DNA of 64,000 bases from Candidatus Poribacteria bacterium (GCA_965198235.1 OZ240248.1:1888001-1952000); one strand, 5' to 3'. Positions 1 through 9,596 are shown, counted from the stretch's first letter. Made by a program: numbers and translations. Notes: a model not told the origin generated them from the letters alone.

Positions 1-8
1 CATTAGAT

Positions 9-1040
9 TTAATTCTCCAAGCGCGTGAATAGATAAATCACACCACAACCGGCAAGAAAAGCCGCCATAGTGATAAGCAGGTTCATATCAAGTTGTGGTA
101 AGATATGAGCCGTATCTATCCGTTCCCCATCTATCATTGCAAACTCGCGAAAGGGCCATAACCCGTAAAGTGAACCCACCATCAGTCCAATGAGAAAGGT
201 GATCGTCAGGTTGCGGTAGCGTTCCAGCAGATAGTTGAGTAACCGTGTAAATGCTAAAAGTCCGAACAAGCACCCAACTGCTGTAAAACTAATGATTAGT
301 AAATTCCGCAGCATTGACGGCTCGAAAATACCTTTCAGCAATGCTGGAATACCCTCTAACACTGTATTTATTGCCGTCAAGAGAGGGAAGTAGACACCGA
401 GTGCGAGCATTAGAAACGAACCGCTAATGCCCGGCAGAATCATCGCTGAAATTGCCAATGCGCCGCTCCCGAAAAAGAGCACGAGTTCCCAGTACGTTGG
501 CAGCCCAGTCCCGCGTTCGGAAACTTCGCTACCCATCGTTGTCTCTATCCCGGATTTATACGCAACCCGATCTAACTGTTTTTCACCCGTACCGACAGAC
601 AAACTTAATATCAGTGCAACAGCAATCAATAGCACTAACACTTCTTTCCAACCGAACGCCTTTAGCATGCGCATCGGTATCAGGATAGACATCAGAATTA
701 GCCCGCTAAAGAAGCCGTAAGTCGCATCATGGTGATAGTTCAGTAGATAGACAATCAGTTTTGACGTGAGTAGAACGGCGGCTATCGCACCACTTCCTAA
801 CAGTGCCAGAAAGCTGAAATCAATTCGACGCAGTTCTGCCTGTGCTTCTACCAGAGCGTTTTTTCTGAATGTCGCACCTTCTAACAGTTTTTTTACCGTT
901 GAAAGTCCGATGCGCCGTAATGCACCGATGAGCCGTTCATAGATACCTAAAACGAGAGCGAGGGTGCCGCCACTCATGCCAGGGATGATGTTGGCGATGC
1001 CTATCAGAAAACCATTAATAAAGAGCCGGAGTGAATTCAT
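9..1040 (-). CDS. DUF368 family membrane protein (putative undecaprenyl-phosphate translocase)
   Basis: Repeated motifs IIPGMSGGTLALVLGIYE and ILPGISGSFLMLALGVY; many hydrophobic helices. Confidence 0.88.
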   Translation of the reverse strand: MNSLRLFINGFLIGIANIIPGMSGGTLALVLGIYERLIGALRRIGLSTVKKLLEGATFRKNALVEAQAELRRIDFSFLALLGSGAIAAVLLTSKLIVYLLNYHHDATYGFFSGLILMSILIPMRMLKAFGWKEVLVLLIAVALILSLSVGTGEKQLDRVAYKSGIETTMGSEVSERGTGLPTYWELVLFFGSGALAISAMILPGISGSFLMLALGVYFPLLTAINTVLEGIPALLKGIFEPSMLRNLLIISFTAVGCLFGLLAFTRLLNYLLERYRNLTITFLIGLMVGSLYGLWPFREFAMIDGERIDTAHILPQLDMNLLITMAAFLAGCGVIYLFTRLEN

Positions 1041-1059
1041 TTTTTAATTTATTGACCCC

Positions 1060-1110
1060 TGGACGTTGTTCCCTGTGCAAGCCTATAGAGGCTTGCAGGA
1101 CAATGTTCCA
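1060..1110. repeat. Palindromic intergenic repeat (CAAGCCTATAGAGGCTTG family)
   Basis: Hairpin with a reverse-complement sister copy at about 30551-30585. Confidence 0.65.
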
Positions 1111-1211
1111 CAACGGTTCTCGGTTAATTCCAACCCCTTTCAACATTGAGAGGGTGTTCAACTTTTGAAGTCAACCCCCTGTATCCCCTGCAAGCAGGGA
1201 AAGACTGTTCT

Positions 1212-1874
1212 TCACAAACTGCGAAGCAATAGCTTTGTAAAGAGCCATATCTCTCGAAGCGGTTTAATATGGCTGATCTCGTCGCCATACCGTGTCTGAA
1301 TCGGCAGACTTTCAATTCGGAACCCGAGTCGTCCGGCTTTTATCAGCAGTTCAGATTCCGTTTCATAACGCTCTGTCTCCAAACGAACCTGTCGTAGAAC
1401 CTCAGCACGGATAAGCCGATACCCCGATTGAAAATCGGACACCTGTTGCCCACACAGCTTTGAACCGACATAAGAAATTAAGCAGTTATTAACCCGTCTA
1501 TGGAGCGGCATTGATGTCCGCAAATCCTGTGTTTCTCTTGCCCCAATGAGTATATCGGGATGTGTGTTGTCAAAGTGTTCCAAAAAACGTGGTATATCCG
1601 CAGGCTGATGTTGTCCATCGCTATCCATCGTGAGAACCAGCTCGTACCCGCGCTCGAGGGCGTAAGCAAATCCTTTGCGTAAGGCGTTCCCTTTCCCACA
1701 ATTCGTGGCGTTTGTCAAGCAGACTGCACTACAGGCAACTGCGATCTCTGCTGTTTCATCTGATGAACCGTCGTTAATGACAACAATCTCATTGATAAAC
1801 TCAGAGGTCTCCTGAATTATCTGTCCAATTGTTTTAGATTCATTGTAAGCCGGTAACAGCAGACATGTTTTCAT
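1212..1874 (-). CDS. Glycosyltransferase family 2 (DPM1/polyprenol-phosphate mannosyltransferase-like)
   Basis: LPAYNE, INDGSSDET, GKGNA, MDSDGQH and DFQSGYR motifs. Confidence 0.9.
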   Translation of the reverse strand: MKTCLLLPAYNESKTIGQIIQETSEFINEIVVINDGSSDETAEIAVACSAVCLTNATNCGKGNALRKGFAYALERGYELVLTMDSDGQHQPADIPRFLEHFDNTHPDILIGARETQDLRTSMPLHRRVNNCLISYVGSKLCGQQVSDFQSGYRLIRAEVLRQVRLETERYETESELLIKAGRLGFRIESLPIQTRYGDEISHIKPLREIWLFTKLLLRSL

Positions 1875-1931
1875 ATTTCCGAATATTATACGCTAAAAAC
1901 GATTTTCTGTCAAACGGTTATATGTATCAAT

Positions 1932-2049
1932 TATAGTAAAGCCCGAAAATATGTAGACAGTTTTCAGTGGACAGCTCCGCCACCGCCGCTGGCGAGGTTT
2001 GTAACCTCGCCCTTCTGTCGGTGTATAGGTAATTGTGGGTTTTACTATA
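1932..2049. mobile_element. MITE-like element, ends TATAGTAAAGCC...GGTTTTACTATA, with internal REP hairpin GGCGAGGTT-TGT-AACCTCGCC (empty copy)
   Basis: Terminal inverted repeats; homologous copy at 16611-16795. Confidence 0.75.
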
Positions 2050-2214
2050 AGAACAATTGTCCGAATCTAACGACCCTATTTTCTCATAGAACTATTCTGT
2101 TTTCAGTATATCACAAAATACCGGGTCAGGCAAGTGTGAGTGTGGTTGGGGAATTGAATCAGTACAAGGGTAAAATCCAACACAGTTGTATCTATGAGAC
2201 AGCCCAATTTTCAC

Positions 2215-2243
2215 TTGCAATCTACAGTGAATTTATGTATAAT
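2215..2243 (+). promoter_or_regulatory. Sigma70-type promoter of the RM gene
   Basis: TTGCAA-17 bp-TATAAT, followed by GGAG RBS and GTG start at 2283. Confidence 0.7.
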
Positions 2244-2282
2244 ACTTCACATAAATTGATGAATTAGGGAGAGGAGCCAAGG

Positions 2283-5200
2283 GTGCGAAACATCAAACCG
2301 ACACACAGACCGGTAATAAATTTCTACGCCGAACTCAAACAATACGAAAGTCTCGACGCAACAAACGAAACCGAGATCCGACTCGCCTTCGCAACGCTTT
2401 TCCAACACTACGCTCGGCAAAACAACCTAACGCTTATCTGTGAAAAATCGCTCCGGACACCGAAAAACACTACTATTTATGTCGACGGTATGCTCATTGA
2501 TAACGACTTCGGCTTGCCTCGCGGCTACTGGGAAGCGAAGGACCTCCACGATAATCTCGCTATAGCAGTTAGGCAGAAATTCAACGCAGGCTATCCACAG
2601 GATAACATCCTCTTTACAACCCAAAAACGTGCCATCCTCTATCAGGATGGACAAGAGGTCATGGCTGTAGGTATTGCTGACCGAGACGCGTTTATCCGAG
2701 TGCTTCATGCCTTCTTCAGTTACGAACAAGTGGATATCGCCGATTGGGAACGCGCCGTCGTTGAATTCAAGGACAAAGTGCCAGCACTCGGCAAACGCGC
2801 AGCGGCGTTGATCCAAAAAGAAGAGGACACCAACGCCCGGTTTCAGGAGACATTTACCGACTTCCACCGTCACTGTCAGGAGGCGATTAACCCCAACCTC
2901 GCTAAGGCTGCCGTGGAGGAGATGCTCATCCAACACCTTTTGACAGAGGAAATCTTCTCCACTGTCTTTGACAATCGCGATTTTACACGCCGAAATATCA
3001 TCGCACGCGAAATTGAAAATGTGATTGACGCGCTTACAGAGCACGCCTATAACCGCGCCGAATTCCTCCGGGAACTGGCTCCCTTCTACAGTGCGATTCA
3101 ACGCGCCGCTGCAACCTTTATTGACTTCTCTCAGAAACAACACTTTCTCAATACCGTGTATGAGCAATTTTTTCAAGGTTTCTCCGTCAAGGTAGCAGAT
3201 ACACACGGCATCGTCTATACACCGCAGCCGATTGTTAATTTCATGGTGAAAAGCGTTTCTCATCTCCTTAAAACTGTGTTTGGACGTTCACTCTCCGATA
3301 GCGGGGTACATCTCATCGATCCGTTTGTCGGCACTGGCAACTTTATCGTGCGACTCATACAAGAAATAGATAAAACCGCGCTCAAGGCGAAATATAGTGA
3401 TGAACTTCACTGCAACGAAGTGTTGTTGATGCCCTATTACATTGCGAGTATGAACATTGAACACGAATTTTACGTTGCCACAAATCAGTATCAGCCTTTT
3501 GACAACCTCTGTCTCGTGGATACCTTCGATTTGACAGCGGAGCGCCAGTTATCCATGTTTGCACCTGAGAACACGCGTCGGGTTGAAAAACAGAAACAGA
3601 CGGAGATGTTTGTGGTGATTGGAAATCCACCCTACAACGCGCGGCAGATGGATGAGAACGATGCCAATAAGAATCGGAAGTATCCTGAACTGGATAAACA
3701 GATTCAGGAGACGTATGCTCAAGCCTCTAAAGCAACGAATAAAACATCACTCTATGATCCTTACGTCAAGGCGATTCTCTGGGCATTGGATCGGATTGAA
3801 GGGGAGGGAATTGTCGCATTTGTAACGAATCATAACTTTATTACCGGTCAAGCGTTCGATGGCATGCGGAAACACCTCGCCGATGCGTGTGATGCGATCT
3901 ATCTGCTGGATTTGGGTGGCAATGTCCGTAAAGGCCACGCTGGGGATTCTAATGTCTTTGATATTCAGGTCGGTGTGAGCATTAACCTATTTGTAAAGAC
4001 CAATCAGGACAGGGGCGAGGTTGGAAACCTCGCCAGCGAAGTGGCAGAGCCTGCGCGTATTTTTTACAACGGTGAGACGGTAGAGATGAACAAAGAAGCA
4101 ACGTTTGACTTTTTGGATGCGTGTGAACACATCGGGAATGTCAATTGGGACTCTATTCAACCCGATGCGCGACATACATGGCTCACCGAGGGGTTGCGTG
4201 AGGATTTCGAGACCTTTGTGCCGATGGGGAGTAAACAAGCAAAGGCAAAAAAGGGTGAGGTTTCAGGCGTAATCTTCCACCAATTCAGCAGTGGGGTCCA
4301 GACCAATCGGGACGCATGGGTGATTAACTTTAACCATGAGGCTCTTGCTGAAAATATCCAGCGGACAATCAAGTTCTACAATTCGCAAGTGTTCAACTGG
4401 GAACGTAGAGGGAATCCAGATGAAAATGTAGACGATTTTGTGAGTTATGATAACAAACAAATTAGTTGGAGTTCGGGCTTAAAGTCACAACTGGAAGGTG
4501 GACATATTGCGGAATTCGCACCATCAAAAATCAGACAACATCTCTACAGACCATTTACGAAAACAAATCTGTTTTTTGATAGAATCCTTAATCAGCGAGT
4601 CTTTGTCTTTCCACGTATCTTTCCGACACCTGATACAGAGGAGGAAAATCGGGTAATATGTGTCAATCGGTCACGGGAAAAACCTTTTACCTGTCTCATG
4701 GCTGACTGTATTGCTGAACATGTTATGACTGGAGGCTTTGGTTCAGCCGGGCAATACTTTCCGTTCTACATCTACAATGAAGATGGCACAAACAGACAGG
4801 AAAACATTACGGATTGGGCATTGACACAATTCCGTGAACATTACAGAGACGAGCAGATCACCAAGTGGAATATCTTCCATTATACCTACGCGATCTTGCA
4901 TCATCCTGCGTATCGCGAGCGGTATCAGGTGAATCTCAAGCGGGATTTACCGCATATCCCGTTCGCGCCCGAATTTTGGAAATTTGTCGAGGCGGGAAGG
5001 CGGTTGGCGGATATCCATGTCCATTATGAAGATCAGCCACAATATAAACTCGATTTGATTGAAACTGAGGGGATGTCACTGGATTGGCGTGTAGCGCAGA
5101 TGCGGTTTTCCAAAGACAAAACACAGATAAAATACAACGATTTTCTGACATTGGGCGGAATTCCTGCAGAGGTGTTTCAGTATCGGTTAGGACATCGATC

Positions 5201-5390
5201 GGCGTTGGAGTGGGTCGTTGATCAGTATCGTGTGAAAACGGATAAGCGGAGCGGTATTGTGAACGATCCGAATCGTACAGATGATGAGGAGTATATCGTA
5301 GATCTCATTCGGAAGGTTATCAGCGTAAGTTTGGAGACAGTGGATATTGTTGAAGGGTTGTCGGCGTTGGATATTGGTGGGGAGGCGTAG
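2283..5390 (+). CDS. Single-polypeptide restriction-modification enzyme (type ISP/IIG-like: nuclease, N6-adenine MTase, specificity domain; no helicase)
   Basis: N-terminal D..WEAK nuclease-like motif, GIVYTP, DPFVGTGNF (motif I), IGNPPY (motif IV), C-terminal YRPF / SALEWVVDQY..KTDKRSGIVNDPN typical of type ISP C-terminal domains. Confidence 0.88.
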   Translation: MRNIKPTHRPVINFYAELKQYESLDATNETEIRLAFATLFQHYARQNNLTLICEKSLRTPKNTTIYVDGMLIDNDFGLPRGYWEAKDLHDNLAIAVRQKFNAGYPQDNILFTTQKRAILYQDGQEVMAVGIADRDAFIRVLHAFFSYEQVDIADWERAVVEFKDKVPALGKRAAALIQKEEDTNARFQETFTDFHRHCQEAINPNLAKAAVEEMLIQHLLTEEIFSTVFDNRDFTRRNIIAREIENVIDALTEHAYNRAEFLRELAPFYSAIQRAAATFIDFSQKQHFLNTVYEQFFQGFSVKVADTHGIVYTPQPIVNFMVKSVSHLLKTVFGRSLSDSGVHLIDPFVGTGNFIVRLIQEIDKTALKAKYSDELHCNEVLLMPYYIASMNIEHEFYVATNQYQPFDNLCLVDTFDLTAERQLSMFAPENTRRVEKQKQTEMFVVIGNPPYNARQMDENDANKNRKYPELDKQIQETYAQASKATNKTSLYDPYVKAILWALDRIEGEGIVAFVTNHNFITGQAFDGMRKHLADACDAIYLLDLGGNVRKGHAGDSNVFDIQVGVSINLFVKTNQDRGEVGNLASEVAEPARIFYNGETVEMNKEATFDFLDACEHIGNVNWDSIQPDARHTWLTEGLREDFETFVPMGSKQAKAKKGEVSGVIFHQFSSGVQTNRDAWVINFNHEALAENIQRTIKFYNSQVFNWERRGNPDENVDDFVSYDNKQISWSSGLKSQLEGGHIAEFAPSKIRQHLYRPFTKTNLFFDRILNQRVFVFPRIFPTPDTEEENRVICVNRSREKPFTCLMADCIAEHVMTGGFGSAGQYFPFYIYNEDGTNRQENITDWALTQFREHYRDEQITKWNIFHYTYAILHHPAYRERYQVNLKRDLPHIPFAPEFWKFVEAGRRLADIHVHYEDQPQYKLDLIETEGMSLDWRVAQMRFSKDKTQIKYNDFLTLGGIPAEVFQYRLGHRSALEWVVDQYRVKTDKRSGIVNDPNRTDDEEYIVDLIRKVISVSLETVDIVEGLSALDIGGEA
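4014..4037. repeat. REP-like palindrome GGCGAGGTTGGAAACCTCGCCAGC inside the RM coding sequence
   Basis: Same hairpin as intergenic copies near 1990-2012, 16666-16757 and 63111-63137. Confidence 0.75.
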
Positions 5391-5411
5391 TATTTTCCCC
5401 ACGGCTGTTTT

Positions 5412-5440
5412 TTGACAGTTGGTTTTTTGTGTGGTATAAT
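5412..5440 (+). promoter_or_regulatory. Consensus sigma70 promoter of the higB operon
   Basis: TTGACA-17 bp-TATAAT with extended TG. Confidence 0.85.
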
Positions 5441-5499
5441 AGTTAGGCGCATAATCTGACGTGAACAGCCAAGGAGCAGGCATCCTCTGTAAATACCTA

Positions 5500-5832
5500 A
5501 TGTATATCACTGGACGAAATGTACTAAACAAATTTGCCCAGCAGCATCCGAATGACAGATCCGCACTTAACCGTTGGTATAACCTGATGCGTCAAGAAAC
5601 CTTCAATTCATTTGCTGATTTGCGCGAAATTTTTCCGCATGCGGATCAAGTAAAAGTGCGTAAAGGCAGATTCAATCAGATGCCTCATGATGAAATATGG
5701 ACAGTGTTTAACATTGGTGGTAACAACGTCCGCCTTATCGCTTCTATACAATATGCTGTAAATGAACAGAGAGTCACAATTAATAAGATTCTAACACATG
5801 CAGAATACAATAAAGGGAGATGGAAGGAGTAA
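5500..5832 (+). CDS. higB: HigB-family (RelE superfamily) toxin
   Basis: Family motifs F.DLR..FP.AD.V, VFNIGGN..RLI, ILTHAEY.KG.WK; toxin-first gene order. Confidence 0.85.
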   Translation: MYITGRNVLNKFAQQHPNDRSALNRWYNLMRQETFNSFADLREIFPHADQVKVRKGRFNQMPHDEIWTVFNIGGNNVRLIASIQYAVNEQRVTINKILTHAEYNKGRWKE

Positions 5833-5835
5833 ACG

Positions 5836-7698
5836 ATGTTGACAGATATACAAACTTTGCCTAAAGTGGCGTTAGCCCCTAGGTCCTTGGAAGCACCGAG
5901 TATGTCCCAATTGTTGGACAACTCTAAAGTGTTACAGACGCAAAACTCACAATCTGTTGTACTCCAGCCCTACTCGGAAAGCGATTATCATTGGCTTGTG
6001 GGGGTGTTAGATGCGTTAATCGAGTTTATGCGTCGTGACAAGAATCACAGCGCACCTGAATTGACCGAAAACGATTATGATTGGGCGCATGCATTGCTTG
6101 TAGAATTAGTCGATGCAGTAGGTGAAAGTGAGACGCATCCTTTGCGTCCCGTAATGGAATTTGTTTGTCGGCTCATTGATAACTATGAGGATAAATACGT
6201 TCCAGAACTAACAGAACTGTTTCCAGAGTTAGCAAAGGAGGCATCTATGGAAACAGCGGGTGAAAGCAGGCAGCCTGCCGCAAGCATTCCTAAACAGAGC
6301 GAAAGTGAACTCGCTACCCATGCCTTCTTCTCGATTGGTTATCTCCTCTATCAAGGGAACAAGACGGAAAAAGCACTTTCTGCTTACGACGGGGCAATTG
6401 CATTGAAATCTGATTCCTGGGAAGTCTTTTATAATCGGGGAATCGCGCTGTACGATTTTAAACAATATGCTAAGGCAATGACCGACTTTAACAGAGTAAT
6501 AGAATTGAACCACAGCGTTGCTAGTGCCTATCACAATCGAGGAATTCTGAAATCTGAATTGAAGGACTATGAAGGAGCAATTGCCGATTTTAATGAAGCA
6601 ATCATATTAAAACCTGATCATGTTGAAGCCTACAACCACCTAGGCATAGCAAAGTCTAAACTTAATCTACATGAATCTGCCCTCGCTGATTTTGATAAGG
6701 TGATTGAACTGCATCCAAATCATGCTAACGCCTACTACAATAGAGGAGTGGAAAATAATAAACTCGGTAACTACCAAGCCGCGATTGACGACTTTAACAT
6801 GGTAATTAATTTAAATCCAAATGACGCTGGAGCCCACTATAACAAGGGATATACAAATTATCAACTGGGCAACCATCAAGTTGCGATTGTCGACTTTAAT
6901 AAAACAATTGAATTGGATCCAAATAATTTTGCAGCATACTACTACAGAGGTACTGCAAAACAACTACTCAATAACTCTCAAGATGCAATTGACGATTTTG
7001 ATAAAGCCATTGAGTTGAAACCGGATATTGCCGAATCTTATTACTGTAGGGGAGTCGCAAAGAATCAGTTTGGTAATTCTCAAGCCGCGGTCGCTGATTT
7101 TGATAAAGCAATTAAATTAGGACTTAACTCTGCAGAAGTTTATTTCAATCGTGCGGGCTCTAGAGGAAACTTTGGACAGCACGATGATGCTTTAGCAGAC
7201 TACGCTGAAGCCATTCGTATAAAGCCTGATTATGCAGAAGCATACTACAATAGGGGAAATTTAAGACAAGAACATGGACAACACGATGGGGCCATCACTG
7301 ATTATACCGAAGCCATTCGTATAAAGCCTGATTTCGCGGAAGCATACCACAATCGAGGTAGTTTAAAACGGGAACTGGGACAGTATGACGATGCTATCGC
7401 TGACTATACTGAAGCCATTCGCATAAAGCCTGATTTCGCAATAGCTTACTACAATCGAGGTATCCAGAAAGCCCTATGTGGAGAACTTGATACTGCTATT
7501 GCCGACTATACTGAGGCTATGCGCATAAAGCCTGATTATGCAGAAGCATACTGCAATAGCGGAGTGGCGAAAGCCAAGTTGGATCGTATTGATGAAGCAG
7601 AATCGGATTTTCAGGTTGCTTTGGAACTGGCAGCGCAGCAAGAAAACTATAACCTCAAAGCCTTTATTGAGGAATGGCTTCAAGAACTGAATAACTAA
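5836..7698 (+). CDS. HigA-like antitoxin N-terminal domain fused to a long TPR array
   Basis: Starts 3 nt after higB; HigA-like E.DY...L..L.D.VGE.E.HPL..VM.....LI..YE segment, then about 13-14 TPR repeats (AYYNRG...AI.D...AI.LKPD); no HTH visible. Confidence 0.75.
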   Translation: MLTDIQTLPKVALAPRSLEAPSMSQLLDNSKVLQTQNSQSVVLQPYSESDYHWLVGVLDALIEFMRRDKNHSAPELTENDYDWAHALLVELVDAVGESETHPLRPVMEFVCRLIDNYEDKYVPELTELFPELAKEASMETAGESRQPAASIPKQSESELATHAFFSIGYLLYQGNKTEKALSAYDGAIALKSDSWEVFYNRGIALYDFKQYAKAMTDFNRVIELNHSVASAYHNRGILKSELKDYEGAIADFNEAIILKPDHVEAYNHLGIAKSKLNLHESALADFDKVIELHPNHANAYYNRGVENNKLGNYQAAIDDFNMVINLNPNDAGAHYNKGYTNYQLGNHQVAIVDFNKTIELDPNNFAAYYYRGTAKQLLNNSQDAIDDFDKAIELKPDIAESYYCRGVAKNQFGNSQAAVADFDKAIKLGLNSAEVYFNRAGSRGNFGQHDDALADYAEAIRIKPDYAEAYYNRGNLRQEHGQHDGAITDYTEAIRIKPDFAEAYHNRGSLKRELGQYDDAIADYTEAIRIKPDFAIAYYNRGIQKALCGELDTAIADYTEAMRIKPDYAEAYCNSGVAKAKLDRIDEAESDFQVALELAAQQENYNLKAFIEEWLQELNN

Positions 7699-7849
7699 GT
7701 GGATTTCCCAACCCTAATGTGTAAATCCGTGAGTCAGAACCGAACACATTTCGCCCCGCTGGGGCTGAAGAGGAAGAGCGCAAGCATGTTTTTATACAGA
7801 TGCTACTCTTGCAGGGACCGGAGCATAATTGGGTTTGGAGGTGAAACAA

Positions 7850-8092
7850 ATGCATATTGATATACATGAACAGACTGAAGACCGCTTGGCTCAGTTAGTC
7901 AAACGCGCCATTGCAGGAGAAAAGATTATTTTAGATAGCAATGGGAAATCTGTTGCCAAACTGGTATCCTTAAAGCAGGACAACAAGAAACCACGCCGCG
8001 GTGGACAGTGGAAAGGAAAAGTGAAGATAGCCGAGGATTTTGATGAACTCCCTGAATCTTTTATGGCACCCTATTGTCAGGAAAACGAATGA
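7850..8092 (+). CDS. Phd/YefM-type antitoxin with DUF2281-like tail
   Basis: LAQLVKRAIAGEKIIL...GKSVAKLV and R.GG.WKGKVKIAEDFDE.LP motifs. Confidence 0.8.
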   Translation: MHIDIHEQTEDRLAQLVKRAIAGEKIILDSNGKSVAKLVSLKQDNKKPRRGGQWKGKVKIAEDFDELPESFMAPYCQENE

Positions 8093-8124
8093 ATCTGCTA
8101 TGGTGGCTTGCTAACTCACCCAGT
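8089..8124 (+). pseudogene. Remnant of a VapC/PIN toxin
   Basis: ATGA overlap with antitoxin stop; reads MNLLWWLANSPS (typical MNLLLDTHxLLWWL with LDTH lost), then cut off by a MITE. Confidence 0.6.
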
Positions 8125-8504
8125 ACGTAGGTTGGGTTGAACGGGAACCTCCTAAAAATCGCACATAGAAAATGATTTTCGGGGGGCATCAAGAAACCTA
8201 AAATTACCGAAATACGAGTGAAACCCAACACATTCTCACGCCTACAGTGCCTGGATTGTTGGGTTTCGTTATATCTATCTACACCAATGGAACATCGAAA
8301 CGCGATATCCTCTGTATAAACGAGATGGACCTTTGTCTTTCATTGCTCAACCTGGGGGAAAAAGAAATACGCAGAAATACCCTATCAATACGCAGGGAAA
8401 TCCACAGAAATACCCTATCAAAAACCCCTATCAAAAACCCCAAGCAAAAACACCCCTATCAAAAACCCCTACGTCTACTTGAATTTTTATTATCGAACTC
8501 ACGT
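8125..8504. mobile_element. MITE/REP composite (CGTAGGTTGGGTTGA...TCAACC[insert]CCTACG), filled copy lacking its left end
   Basis: Colinear homology with 28315-28604; about 115 bp extra sequence at 8353-8467. Confidence 0.8.
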
Positions 8505-8579
8505 TAACAATAAATCCCTATCTTTTTCCAAATGTGATATATTAAAGAAAACTCTCATTTCACTAAGGTAAAATCGCTT

Positions 8580-9503
8580 ATGAACTTTCCGACGCTGTCA
8601 GAGTCAAAACGTGTAGAGATGCTCCAACCTCCGACAGGGCAGGTGCGTATGGTACTTGACACTGACACCTATAACGAAATTGACGACCAGTTTGCAGTTG
8701 TCCACGCACTCCTTTCACCTGGGAACCTCAACGTTGAGGCACTTTATGCCGCCCCCTTCCACAATAATCGCTCAGAGAGTGCTGAAGACGGCATGGAGAA
8801 AAGTTACGATGAAATTCTAAGGTTATTGGACTTCCTCAATGTCCCCGCCGACGGTTTCGCCTATCGCGGCTCCAGAGCATTTCTTTCTGATAGAGAGACC
8901 CCTGTACCGAGCGATGCCGCTACCGATATGATTGAACGCGCGATGACAGCAACTCCTGAAGACCCGCTTTACGTGGTTGCTGTCGGAGCGATAACGAACG
9001 TCGCTTCTGCTATCCTCATGGAGCCTGAAATTATCAAGCGTATCGTCGTCATCTGGCTTGGGGGGAATCCGTTGTACTGGCCCCACACCCGAGAGTTCAA
9101 CCTTATGCAAGATCTGCGGAGCGCGCAAGTGGTTTTGGATTGCGGTGTGCCATTCGTTTGGTTACCAGCACGTGGGGTCGTCTCACATCTACACACGACG
9201 GTTGCTGAGATGGAACGCTATGTGCAGGGTAGAGGCAAGGTCGGAGATTACCTCGTAAAAATCTTTAAAGACTACTCAAGCGACCACTTCGCTTGGTCGA
9301 AGGTGATATGGGATGTATCTGCAACAGCATACCTTGTCAACCCGGCGTGGGTACCGACAGAGATTGTCCACAGTCCTATCTTAACGGAAGCAGTGACATG
9401 GAGTTTTGATAACAGTCGCCACCTTATGCGCGTCGCGACGAGTGTTGATCGGGATGCGATTTTCCGGGATCTGTTTGAAAAATTACAACAACATACTCTC
9501 TAA
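8580..9503 (+). CDS. Inosine/uridine-preferring nucleoside hydrolase family protein
   Basis: LDTDTYNEIDDQFA, GAITNVA, EFNL..D and IWD motifs. Confidence 0.88.
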   Translation: MNFPTLSESKRVEMLQPPTGQVRMVLDTDTYNEIDDQFAVVHALLSPGNLNVEALYAAPFHNNRSESAEDGMEKSYDEILRLLDFLNVPADGFAYRGSRAFLSDRETPVPSDAATDMIERAMTATPEDPLYVVAVGAITNVASAILMEPEIIKRIVVIWLGGNPLYWPHTREFNLMQDLRSAQVVLDCGVPFVWLPARGVVSHLHTTVAEMERYVQGRGKVGDYLVKIFKDYSSDHFAWSKVIWDVSATAYLVNPAWVPTEIVHSPILTEAVTWSFDNSRHLMRVATSVDRDAIFRDLFEKLQQHTL

Positions 9504-9596
9504 TCGGTAGGCTTTTTGAAATCACATACGTGAAAGAGATTTTCAGGAACGCTTCGGTGCGGTTAGAAAACCGCACCTACCTTGGTTGGGGTGTCC

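Noticed and set aside
2427-3263. Long antisense ORFs inside RM, smc, sdhA, sialidase and the TPR genes
   Set aside because: Fully overlapped by well-supported genes and lacking recognisable motifs.
8247-8507. ORFs 8247-8507 and 16584-16778 sharing the peptide PKQKHPYQK
   Set aside because: They run across different repeat elements, lack an RBS, and share only the DNA insert. A coding role is unsupported, though not formally excluded.
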